A DNA stretch of 64,000 nucleotides from an uncultured Candidatus Saccharibacteria bacterium (GTDB lineage: Bacteria > Patescibacteriota > Saccharimonadia > Saccharimonadales > Saccharimonadaceae): contig CAYZPD010000002.1 of NCBI GenBank assembly GCA_964480675.1, forward strand, positions 172,538-236,537, in the 5' to 3' direction. The notes beneath the pieces are model-generated. The model was not told where the DNA came from. It searched no databases and saw only the letters and a program-made list of their open reading frames with translations. Position 1 is the first letter of the stretch, and the number at the start of each line of letters is the position of its first letter. Positions 55,733 through 63,903 of this stretch are shown piece by piece. Made by a program: the position numbers and the translations under genes.

Positions 55733-56002
55733 ATCACTCCTTTCACTTACATGCCTTTTAGAATTCCAAGGCACTACCCCCTATAATGGCAAACGTGCCT
55801 GTAGAAAACATTGGTAAATACTAAGTTTTTGCTGAATACATAAGCGTGACAACAGAGAGAAGGTATGGTATGATACCTTCGATATAAATCCACCGAGCCA
55901 CCCAGTCATGCTCACGACACTAGCGGGTATGTGGTCATCATTCGGACGAGCACCGGAAATAGTCGAATAACCGGTTTATCTAAACTAAACGAGGTTACGC
56001 AC

Positions 56003-56206
56003 ATGAGCGATAACGACAAAACGAAGTCTATCAAGCAACGTCACGATGAACATCGTGAAGAGCATTGGGGCAACGAATGGGCTAACAGGAATTGGCGAGC
56101 ATGGGGATCATGGTTCTCATGGGGATCACCAATCGGGCTCGGTCTGTTCTATGCGATCGTATTGACCGCAACCGGCTTCTTCATCTGGCTAATGCACCAT
56201 CTATAA
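56003..56206 (+). CDS. small Trp-rich membrane protein (67 aa)
   Basis: The ATG at 56003 has a GAGG SD; the track ORF begins at GTG 55931. The WGNEWANRNWRAWGSWFSWG stretch is followed by one TM. Confidence 0.5.
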   Translation: MSDNDKTKSIKQRHDEHREEHWGNEWANRNWRAWGSWFSWGSPIGLGLFYAIVLTATGFFIWLMHHL

Positions 56207-56221
56207 GGTGATGTCCAGATC

Positions 56222-56256
56222 AAAAATCCTCGGTTCACTCCGAGGATTTTTGATTA
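56222..56256. terminator. hairpin terminator between convergent genes
   Basis: AAAAATCCTCGG-ttcact-CCGAGGATTTTT, a 12-bp stem flanked by A and T runs. Confidence 0.75.
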
Positions 56257-56271
56257 TTATAGCTGTCTATC

Positions 56272-57147
56272 CTACGCCCGCAACACATCAGCCGAGGCAC
56301 GTAAGTACGCCTTTGCCGCGTCCATTTGCAGTGGCCGTTTACCAACATTATTCAGTGGGTGCAGCTGACCTTCCGCATCCCACGATAAGTCAGGGTATTT
56401 CTCGAGAAGTAGTGGCATATCCTCCTGCACAGCAGCAGCGTTGAGCCCGCCAGCAACGGCAAAACCAACTCCATTCAATGCCTCCGAAGAATATGCCTCT
56501 TCTAGGAAACCGTCCAGCCGCTGAGCATCCATGCGCTTACCGGTACCATGCGATGCGTCGAATAAAATGTAATCGATATTGCCGGCAAAACGACCAAGCT
56601 TCTGCACGACACCTTTTGGCTTCAATTCTTCCATAGCTTGGTTATAGCACTGCAAGAGTGTCTTTACATTATGACGCCATCGCACAGTGCCCAAAAATTC
56701 CAACATCTCGTCATTGTCATGCCAGGGCAACATGTCAAACTGTACAGCTCGTAGCCATTTTTGCCCGCGCCTCACCGTCTGTCCGACAAATGCGTGCCTG
56801 TATTCCGCATCGTGCACATGATGTACATCAAGATACATCTGTGCCACACCCAAACTATGCGTATGCCTTTCCTTTGGACCCAAAGCATCAGTAAATGCTT
56901 GCTCACCAACAGGGTACCACTCATCACCATACTTATTTTCGCTATCCTGAAACTGTGTTTTATGCGTTGCCTTAACCCCAAGCGCCAGCAGACGACCTGT
57001 ATCAAACAAGTGAGCATTACGTGCGTATGCTTCCAAAAACAATTGCTGCGGCTCCGTAGAAATAAGTCCGCTCGGCATAATATCCTTGTGACACACCACA
57101 CCGCTTACACCGACATATGGGGTCGGTCGCCTCTCTCCCGTATTCAT
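56272..57147 (-). CDS. TIM-barrel protein distantly resembling phosphoribosylanthranilate isomerase (TrpF-like), function unknown
   Basis: 291 aa. YVGVSGV, AVQFDM, DYILFDASHGTGKRMD, FAVAGGLNAAAV and WDAEGQL...GKR follow the order and spacing of the PRAI motifs (KICGI, QLHG, LLD..GGtGk.fdW, LAGGLnpeNV, DvsSGvE..G.KD). Confidence 0.45.
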   Translation of the reverse strand: MNTGERRPTPYVGVSGVVCHKDIMPSGLISTEPQQLFLEAYARNAHLFDTGRLLALGVKATHKTQFQDSENKYGDEWYPVGEQAFTDALGPKERHTHSLGVAQMYLDVHHVHDAEYRHAFVGQTVRRGQKWLRAVQFDMLPWHDNDEMLEFLGTVRWRHNVKTLLQCYNQAMEELKPKGVVQKLGRFAGNIDYILFDASHGTGKRMDAQRLDGFLEEAYSSEALNGVGFAVAGGLNAAAVQEDMPLLLEKYPDLSWDAEGQLHPLNNVGKRPLQMDAAKAYLRASADVLRA

Positions 57148-57187
57148 ATACTTTGAGTATACCAGACGGACGATGAGCTAGCCCAAA

Positions 57188-58288
57188 TTACTTGATGGGC
57201 TGAATTTTCACATAGCGAACAAGTTGTACTGTCATTGATGACAGATTTGAACGTAGCGCCTTGAGCTCACGATCACTTCTTCGAAATCGGTCATAATTTG
57301 GTTTTGCAGGGTCGTTTGCTAGAACTGTATCATCATACGAAAGCGTTCCGTCTATGTAACCGCCAAAGTCATGCTGATAAAAATTATGTGCTTTTGCACC
57401 AAGCTGATTCCACTTGCTGCGCACCGCATATTTTACCGACTCATTTATGTTCGTCAATAATGGTGTCGTACGAGCATCATACTTTGTTGAATGCACACCA
57501 ACTTCCACATTTGCGATAGTGGCCAGCAGTGGTTTGAGATACACAGGATCATCATACTTCGCCGTAAGGCTCATCAAATACCACGTCGCAAATGGCCTTT
57601 CAGCAATATGCTGACTACCAAGGATCTTCAATAGATCACGACTCTCCTGCTCAGTTAGGTATTCCGATGTAAGGCAAGCATCAGCCGCTGCTAAACAGTT
57701 CAAAAATGCCGCCGGATGACTATCGAGCAAGCTCATTGCCTGAGATATGTCGTGATGAACAGACGAATGATCAACCTCATCATCACTTATATCATCAGTC
57801 AGCTTCTCTAGATGATAAACACCGGTACCGTGTACATACAGCTGTGTCCAGTATTTCTTGAGCTCTTCATATGTTTTCGGTACTTTATTGTGGCTAAATT
57901 GTTGGTTTAACTCGTCAAGTGTATCTGTAAGAGGCAATTTGTACTTGTTCTTTAAGTAGTAGGCCGCTGGCAATGCACCCGCCATAATTGCTCCCAAGTC
58001 ACCCATGTTCTTTTCTGATGTCAAAAATCCACGACTCGTCAAAACAACCGGATGGTTATTTGCGTCCATATTTTCTAGGATTCTTGCATGTGCATGTAAC
58101 CGATCCGCCGTACTGTATTCAGAGATTGAAAGCTCATCAGCTACCATCTGCTCCTGAGGTATAAGTTGATATACCTGAGCAGTTGCCTCATGATCAGCGG
58201 ACATTTCAACTGTCCTTAATCGCGTTGGGAAATTGATCAATTCACCCATATTGGGCATCATTTTAGCATAAAGGCTATTAAAAGTCAA
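57188..58288 (-). CDS. hypothetical protein (366 aa)
   Basis: Long clean ORF downstream of the antiporter gene. No recognisable motif. Confidence 0.6.
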   Translation of the reverse strand: MTFNSLYAKMMPNMGELINFPTRLRTVEMSADHEATAQVYQLIPQEQMVADELSISEYSTADRLHAHARILENMDANNHPVVLTSRGFLTSEKNMGDLGAIMAGALPAAYYLKNKYKLPLTDTLDELNQQFSHNKVPKTYEELKKYWTQLYVHGTGVYHLEKLTDDISDDEVDHSSVHHDISQAMSLLDSHPAAFLNCLAAADACLTSEYLTEQESRDLLKILGSQHIAERPFATWYLMSLTAKYDDPVYLKPLLATIANVEVGVHSTKYDARTTPLLTNINESVKYAVRSKWNQLGAKAHNFYQHDFGGYIDGTLSYDDTVLANDPAKPNYDRFRRSDRELKALRSNLSSMTVQLVRYVKIQPIK

Positions 58289-58299
58289 TAATTAGAAGA

Positions 58300-59742
58300 T
58301 TACACACGTCGGCGCCAACGCATAAACACATCCTCAATTTCAGGATGAATCGAGTACGGCGCTTCAATACACAGGCGATCACCGGCCTTTATAATGGCAT
58401 CTTTGTTTAATTTTATTTGCTTGCCTTTACGTTTAATCTCGGTAATTTGCGCTTTTGGCAGCAAACCAACTTCATACACATGTACACCGGCAATCGCATG
58501 CTGGGGTGCTACATGGAAATAGATCTTTTCGATACTCGCTCCGTTTGGCGTTGACTTGTCTTCTGGCAGGTGGTCGATCACATCCAGACGCTGCGCCAGC
58601 CAGTTCAGTGTCGTTCCCTGGATTAACGTCGATACCAACACAACGAAGAAAACAGCATTAAAGATTATGCCACCGTTCGGCACATGCGATGATAGTACAT
58701 AAAGCGCCAGTACAATCGGTACAGCTCCACGCAGCCCCGCCCAACCTAGTAATGTTCTTTCACGGTTATTCATATGACCGAACGGCACCGATAGCCATAC
58801 AGCAACCGGGCGAACAACAAGAATCAGCAGCAATGCCAGCACAATACTTGGTATAGCCACTGCCCATAGTTCGTGCGGTGTCACAAACAGTCCCATAATG
58901 ACGAACATCACGACCTGTGCCAAGAATGCCAATCCCTCATGGAACATCGTGAGGGGACTACGGTACCTTGATGGTGTACTACCTATCGCCAGACCAACGA
59001 TATAGACCGCTAAGAATCCGCTACCACCGATCGCATCAGCAGTACCAAACGAAAGCAATGCTGCTGCCACCGATGCTACCGGTGAAAACGCGCCTATGCT
59101 ATGCGGTAAGCGAGCAAATACATACATTGCCAATTTGCCCAGAACCAGACCAACGATCAAACCGATACCAAGCTGCTGCACCAATAGTAACGCCATGTCC
59201 AACTGGTTATATTCCGGCCGCTGTATCCATGTAATAAAACCTATCGTCAGGGCGATAGCCATAGGATCGTTCATACCAGATTCCGCTTCCAGGATACGGG
59301 CCAACCGGCGGCGAATACTTGTCATACGCAGCGTGGCAAATACGGCCGCTGCGTCGGTCGATGACACGACTGCACCAAACAGGAATGAATACGCCCATGA
59401 TAGTCCAAACAAAAAGTGCGCTGCAATACCGACTAAAATAGCCGTTACAAAAACACCAACTGTACTCAGCATCATTGCCGGTATAGCCGCCTCACGCAAA
59501 CGACGGCGAGAGGTCGACAGACCACCTTCGAAAAGAATCGCAACCAGCCCGATAGTTCCTACAGCCTGTGCCAGCTCAACATCAGAAAATTGAATATGAC
59601 CTATACCCTCTGAGCCTAGTAGCATACCAAACGCCAGAAATGCGACAAGTGCCGGCACGTTTGCATTGGCAGCAACAAGCGCGATCACGATACTGAGCGC
59701 CAGGACTCCCCCCACTATCAAAAAGAGTAAAGATTCTTCCAC
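58300..59742 (-). CDS. K+/H+ antiporter (CPA1/NhaP2-type) with C-terminal TrkA-C-like domain
   Basis: 480 aa. The Na_H_Exchanger core includes VSSTDAAAVF and ESGMNDP. The soluble C-terminal ~80 aa resemble the RCK C-lobe. Confidence 0.88.
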   Translation of the reverse strand: MEESLLFLIVGGVLALSIVIALVAANANVPALVAFLAFGMLLGSEGIGHIQFSDVELAQAVGTIGLVAILFEGGLSTSRRRLREAAIPAMMLSTVGVFVTAILVGIAAHFLFGLSWAYSFLFGAVVSSTDAAAVFATLRMTSIRRRLARILEAESGMNDPMAIALTIGFITWIQRPEYNQLDMALLLVQQLGIGLIVGLVLGKLAMYVFARLPHSIGAFSPVASVAAALLSFGTADAIGGSGFLAVYIVGLAIGSTPSRYRSPLTMFHEGLAFLAQVVMFVIMGLFVTPHELWAVAIPSIVLALLLILVVRPVAVWLSVPFGHMNNRERTLLGWAGLRGAVPIVLALYVLSSHVPNGGIIFNAVFFVVLVSTLIQGTTLNWLAQRLDVIDHLPEDKSTPNGASIEKIYFHVAPQHAIAGVHVYEVGLLPKAQITEIKRKGKQIKLNKDAIIKAGDRLCIEAPYSIHPEIEDVFMRWRRRV

Positions 59743-59749
59743 ATAACCA

Positions 59750-59778
59750 TAATAACAAATCGAGCCCCGCGGGGCTCG
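59750..59778 (-). terminator. GC-rich hairpin terminator after the 67-aa gene
   Basis: CGAGCCCCGCGGGGCTCG palindrome (59761-59778), followed on the minus strand by GATTTGTTATT. Confidence 0.55.
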
Positions 59779-59797
59779 ATTTTATGCATAGTAATAC

Positions 59798-60001
59798 TTA
59801 TGCGTGCAGTGTGCTGAGCACGTGAAAGACCAGAATTGCTGGCCAAACGATCGCATCAACAAATGCGTTCAGATAGTCCAAAAAGTTCTTAGCACCCTGT
59901 GCGAAATAGACAAATGCTCCGACAAAGGCCAAGAACATTGCAAAGCCCGCTGGGCCGTGATCTTTAATGACTCTTACTGATGATTTTCCTTCTTTTGCCA
60001 T
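59798..60001 (-). CDS. small membrane protein (67 aa)
   Basis: Two hydrophobic segments, FAMFLAFVGAFVYF and IVWPAILVFHVL. The gene is followed by a terminator hairpin. Confidence 0.5.
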   Translation of the reverse strand: MAKEGKSSVRVIKDHGPAGFAMFLAFVGAFVYFAQGAKNFLDYLNAFVDAIVWPAILVFHVLSTLHA

Positions 60002-60072
60002 ATATATTTCCTTAAATTAACATAATCAGTATACCACCAACCGGCAAAAATCAATGTATACTATAAGGATTA

Positions 60073-60633
60073 ATGCAAAGCTACGTCATACTCCTACGCG
60101 GCATCAATGTTGGCGGCAAAAACAAAGTACCAATGGTAGATCTGCGAAAATGTCTTGAACAACTCGGATTTTCCCATGTCTCAACCTACATCGCCAGCGG
60201 TAACGTGCTTCTGGAATCTGACAAAAACAGTCGCGAAATAAAAGAGCTTATAGAAGACATGCTTCCAAAAAGTTTTCAACTCGACAGCGAGCTCGTGAAA
60301 GTACTCGTACTCTCAGAGTCCGAGCTTCGCGCAGTGATCGACAACAAACCAAAAGGTTTCGGCGAAGAGCCAGACAAATACCACAACGATGCGATTTTCC
60401 TGATTGATCTCGATACTACACAGGTTATGCCCGTATTTAATCCTCGCGAAGGCGTCGACAAAGTATGGGCTGGCCACGGTGTCATCTACTCACAGCGCCT
60501 CAGTGCCGAACGCACTAAGAGCCGGCTCAGCATCATCGCCATGTCACCACTCTACAAATCCATGACTATCCGCAACTGGAACACTACAACAAAACTTCTT
60601 GAGCTACTCGAGAATCATTTGAAGAAACGATAA
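60073..60633 (+). CDS. DUF1697 domain-containing protein
   Basis: YVILLRGINVGGKNKVPMVDLR is the characteristic DUF1697 N-terminus. Length is 186 aa. Confidence 0.8.
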   Translation: MQSYVILLRGINVGGKNKVPMVDLRKCLEQLGFSHVSTYIASGNVLLESDKNSREIKELIEDMLPKSFQLDSELVKVLVLSESELRAVIDNKPKGFGEEPDKYHNDAIFLIDLDTTQVMPVFNPREGVDKVWAGHGVIYSQRLSAERTKSRLSIIAMSPLYKSMTIRNWNTTTKLLELLENHLKKR

Positions 60634-60691
60634 CTCTACGAGTGATATCAATACTCACCTGGCAATTCAATCTGATACCTCTACTATTGAA

Positions 60692-60714
60692 AAACCCCGC
60701 AAGATACGGGGTTT
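60692..60714. terminator. hairpin terminator between convergent genes
   Basis: AAACCCCG-caagata-CGGGGTTT. The T-run lies on the minus-strand side (GGGGTTTTTCAAT). Confidence 0.55.
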
Positions 60715-60748
60715 CCCATATATTGCGGGGACTAAAAGTGATTACTCC

Positions 60749-61522
60749 TTACTCATTGATGTGTCGACCATCGATCGCAATATCATCAAAAACGAGTGCC
60801 GTAGCGTTGGGTATATGGCCAACAAAAATGCCCGTCTTACCCGATCGTCCTTGATTGCCATGATACGATGCAGCGATGTCAAGCTTCCAGCTTCCACCTT
60901 GGATACCAGGATTTGTTAGTGGCGGCATCGGATCATCACCCTTTGCTACCGCAAATCGCAGCACATCATCAGAACTCAATGATGCACAAACCCTTAGCGG
61001 AAACACTTGCTCTTGGTTCCTACCCAGATAGGTGCCAAGGTCAATCAGAGGTGGACTATCCCAGTCCACTGCACCATATTCAACTCCTGTATGAAAGAGT
61101 TTTGGTGCGAATGACCAGTACCATCGCACATAGATATTACGTGCAAACACAATTGCATTGTGTTCACCCGGCCGAGGGCTCGCGATACGAAACGCCATGC
61201 CATTCTGAGCGATATCAACACCCGATGTCCATATGGCACATTGCATCGCACTTGATGTGTCCGGGCTATCCTCACGCCAATAAATCTCACGATTGTTCGT
61301 ACCAGATGCGGTACTTGTAATCGTTACTCGTGAATCTTGCATGCTAACACCGTATGGCATAGCCTCTGGTGTCAGTCGCGCACTACGAATAGATGGCTGA
61401 AATTCTGTCATGCGTGCAACAGGTACTAGCTGTAGCGTACAAGCTACAAGAAGTAACATGCACAGCAACAAGACAATGCCGAATAGAAAACCACTCAAGT
61501 TGAGTGTATATCTGCGAGTCAT
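60749..61522 (-). CDS. secreted or lipid-anchored hypothetical protein (257 aa)
   Basis: N-terminal hydrophobic segment FLFGIVLLLCMLLLVAC, a possible lipobox-like LVAC. No known domain recognised. Confidence 0.6.
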   Translation of the reverse strand: MTRRYTLNLSGFLFGIVLLLCMLLLVACTLQLVPVARMTEFQPSIRSARLTPEAMPYGVSMQDSRVTITSTASGTNNREIYWREDSPDTSSAMQCAIWTSGVDIAQNGMAFRIASPRPGEHNAIVFARNIYVRWYWSFAPKLFHTGVEYGAVDWDSPPLIDLGTYLGRNQEQVFPLRVCASLSSDDVLRFAVAKGDDPMPPLTNPGIQGGSWKLDIAASYHGNQGRSGKTGIFVGHIPNATALVFDDIAIDGRHINE

Positions 61523-61668
61523 ATGATGGCTTCCTTACACTCTCGAGTTAGTTGGAGTAACAACTATTTTTAAATGAGCTTCAGGAGCTCAGGCTCGATG
61601 AAACGTAGAATTACTATAACATATTTATATATATTGTAAATATCATACTATCTCAACCACCTTGAATG

Positions 61669-61677
61669 TGGTATACT
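61669..61677 (+). promoter_or_regulatory. extended -10 TGgTATACT upstream of the 30-codon basic mini-ORF
   Basis: It sits in an AT-rich intergenic region about 25 nt upstream of the ATG at 61703, with an AAAGGA SD in between. Confidence 0.4.
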
Positions 61678-61702
61678 TGTTCAAGTTTAAAAAGGATTTA
61701 CA

Positions 61703-61795
61703 ATGGCAAAACACCGCAGTTGGCACTCCGCCGATATCAAACGTGCCCGCAAAAAGAAGCTAAAGGCTGCAAAGCGCAAGGCGCAACGAGCGTAA
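61703..61795 (+). CDS. candidate 30-aa highly basic micropeptide MAKHRSWHSADIKRARKKKLKAAKRKAQRA
   Basis: ATG with an AAAGGA SD 7 nt upstream, TAA stop at 61793-61795, its own -10 box and a strong bidirectional terminator 7 nt downstream. About 43 percent Lys/Arg. It is below the ORF-track cut-off. Confidence 0.45.
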   Translation: MAKHRSWHSADIKRARKKKLKAAKRKAQRA

Positions 61796-61801
61796 TAATA
61801 T

Positions 61802-61830
61802 GAAAAACGAGTCCGATGGACTCGTTTTTC
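61802..61830. terminator. bidirectional rho-independent terminator shared by the mini-ORF (+) and tRNA-Gln (-)
   Basis: GAAAAACGAGTCC-gatg-GACTCGTTTTTC, a perfect stem flanked by an A-run and a T-run. Confidence 0.8.
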
Positions 61831-61831
61831 A

Positions 61832-61905
61832 TGGCTGGGGATGAGGGATTCGAACCCCCGATCATGGGACCAGAACCCACTGCCTTACCACTTGGCCAAT
61901 CCCCA
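61832..61905 (-). tRNA. tRNA-Gln (anticodon CUG), CCA encoded
   Basis: The reverse complement folds by hand into a 74-nt cloverleaf. Acceptor stem TGGGGAT/ATCCCCA (U1-A72) with discriminator G73. D arm GCC-AAGTGGTAA-GGC. Anticodon stem GTGGG/CCCAT with loop TTCTGGT. T arm GGGGG-TTCGAAT-CCCTC. 3' CCA present. Confidence 0.9.
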
Positions 61906-61916
61906 ATATCGAACCG

Positions 61917-61945
61917 ATTATAGCACTTTGGGGAGTATTTTGCCA
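61917..61945 (-). promoter_or_regulatory. promoter for tRNA-Gln: TGGCAA, 17-nt spacer ending in TGc (extended -10), then TATAAT
   Basis: On the minus strand, -10 TATAAT is the reverse complement of 61917-61922, the TGc extension of 61923-61925, and -35 TGGCAA of 61940-61945. The tRNA 5' end lies 11 nt downstream of the -10. Confidence 0.5.
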
Positions 61946-61951
61946 GAGGGG

Positions 61952-62482
61952 TTACTTTTTGTGCTTGCCGTGTGACTTCACGCTAAAATGATCGCGAATT
62001 TCAAACAAGAAGTACGCACCGATAGCCGCAGAGATAACAGTCATAACAATACTGCTAAAGTTCAGTACGACAAGCGCGCCCAGAACGGTAAATGCAAAGT
62101 TAGCCAGGTATGACCAGAACAGCAGTAGCCAACCTCGGCGAGCCTTGTCTTTGAGCGGTGCGATGGCGAGTGCCAACAGTAGCGTAGTGAAAACATACTG
62201 TACAAGGGTCAGGAATGTACCTAGCCAACCAATTGTTGTTACTGCTCCGTAGTAGCCGCCCAAACCGGTAGGCATCACGCCCACAGCAGCGGTCGCAAGA
62301 CCCATAACAATCAATAGCATAGGGATGACTGCAAGCAGTCCAAGCACACTGATAACCACGCCAATAAGCGCTAACCACCAGATGTTGTCTGTCAGCCATT
62401 TTCTCGCATCTTTAGGCAAGTGAGGCACCTTAGAGTACCACTCACCTAGCTGCGTTTCGATCACATTACTAAAATCTTTCAT
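61952..62482 (-). CDS. hypothetical integral membrane protein (176 aa)
   Basis: Four predicted TMs and a Lys/His-rich C-terminus. No known family recognised. Confidence 0.6.
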   Translation of the reverse strand: MKDFSNVIETQLGEWYSKVPHLPKDARKWLTDNIWWLALIGVVISVLGLLAVIPMLLIVMGLATAAVGVMPTGLGGYYGAVTTIGWLGTFLTLVQYVFTTLLLALAIAPLKDKARRGWLLLFWSYLANFAFTVLGALVVLNFSSIVMTVISAAIGAYFLFEIRDHFSVKSHGKHKK

Positions 62483-62542
62483 TATAATTACTCCTCATTT
62501 CCATTGTATTTATCTTATATGGCTGAGATCTGTAATACAACT

Positions 62543-63010
62543 CTATTTACGTCCGCGTGGCCATAAGCCCCATGCTGAAACAATAGCCAGTATCGCCACA
62601 ACCAGTGAGACAGCAAGCGCAGGAAAACCAGTCGGAATACTAAGCGCCGAGCCTGTAAGACCGCTGTTGGCTACTATGCCACTCATCATGGCACAGATAG
62701 CAAGCTTCGCCCAGATAGCCGGTGCAAGCAAGCTACAGGCAAGGCTCACCCATCGCATAAGAGGGCTTAAAGGCATGCGGAGCAGGAATGGTAGCGCAAA
62801 GACTTCTGTAAAAACAATCAGGCTACTGAGCAGAACCGCCGTACCGTGGCCACCAGGTTCACCATAACTACTTATAAGGGGTATAAAATCCTCAAAGGCA
62901 AATAGCTGGCTTACGACCATAAGTACCAGTACAGCAGCATAGACCCACGCCACAACAGTGGCCATCTTAAACCGGGGAGCCGTTGCTTTTTCAGCGGTTG
63001 CAAGCTTCAT
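62543..63010 (-). CDS. integral membrane protein, MauE/DoxX-like (tentative)
   Basis: 155 aa with four TMs. The topology and the FAFEDF...FTEVFALPFLL pattern are reminiscent of the DoxX/MauE family. Confidence 0.5.
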   Translation of the reverse strand: MKLATAEKATAPRFKMATVVAWVYAAVLVLMVVSQLFAFEDFIPLISSYGEPGGHGTAVLLSSLIVFTEVFALPFLLRMPLSPLMRWVSLACSLLAPAIWAKLAICAMMSGIVANSGLTGSALSIPTGFPALAVSLVVAILAIVSAWGLWPRGRK

Positions 63011-63195
63011 AACACTAGTATACTCCTCTCTTTTCCCCAGAATGTTGTTTTTTTCGTCATAACGCTTGCGTTTTAGTCAAACACGATGTATTGTAATTCC
63101 AGCGAAGTTACAAAAACAAACATACACTCCAACAAACAGTACGTAAGTACAAAAAATATGTTGTGACATCGCTCTACGATATCCACCACAACAGG

Positions 63196-63222
63196 AAATA
63201 CCCCGACCATACCGGGGTATTT
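63196..63222 (-). terminator. hairpin terminator downstream of trmD
   Basis: AAATACCCCG-accatac-CGGGGTATTT, a 10-bp stem located 22 nt past the trmD stop. Confidence 0.55.
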
Positions 63223-63243
63223 TCATTAATAACTTGCTACATC

Positions 63244-63903
63244 TTACTCTTTATCGGCTACTCGCGAGTTATCTGCTCGCCACTGAGCAATAGCAGCATG
63301 ATTACCGCTCAAAAGCACATCGGGTACCGCCATATCGCGAAATTCCGCCGGCTTGGTGTACTGCGGGAACTCTAGCGTTTCACCATCGGAGAAGCTCTCT
63401 ATAGCCGCGCTCGACTCACCGCCCAGCACACCAGGTATTAAACGTACGATACTGTCTACAACTGTCATAGCGGGTAGCTCTCCGCCAGTCAGTACATAAT
63501 CACCGACGCTTACTTGATAGTCCACTAGTGTCACAATCCGCTCATCATAGCCTTCGTAGCGACCACAGATGAATATATAGTTCTCATCACTATCTGCAAA
63601 TGTCTGTGCAGTAGCCTGCTTCCAGCGCTGTCCACGAGCGGTCATAAGTACAACTTTCGCCTTTGGGTCAATTTCTTTCGCGTGTTCAACAGCAGCAAAG
63701 AGCGGTTCTGGCTTCAAAAGCATGCCGTCTCCGCCACCATAGGGGGTGTCATCCACCGTTTTGCGAGGCCCAATACCAAACGGACGCAAATCAATTGTCG
63801 TCAGTTCAACCAAGTTATCCTTTTGCGCTTTCCACATCATCGAACTGCCAAAAACACCCGTAAACATCTCGGGAAACAGTGTGATAACTTGGAACTTTCT
63901 CAT
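63244..63903 (-). CDS. trmD: tRNA (guanine37-N1)-methyltransferase
   Basis: 219 aa with ITLFPEMF, DDTPYGGGDGMLLK and GRYEGYDER motifs. TACACT lies 7 nt upstream of the ATG. Confidence 0.95.
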   Translation of the reverse strand: MRKFQVITLFPEMFTGVFGSSMMWKAQKDNLVELTTIDLRPFGIGPRKTVDDTPYGGGDGMLLKPEPLFAAVEHAKEIDPKAKVVLMTARGQRWKQATAQTFADSDENYIFICGRYEGYDERIVTLVDYQVSVGDYVLTGGELPAMTVVDSIVRLIPGVLGGESSAAIESFSDGETLEFPQYTKPAEFRDMAVPDVLLSGNHAAIAQWRADNSRVADKE

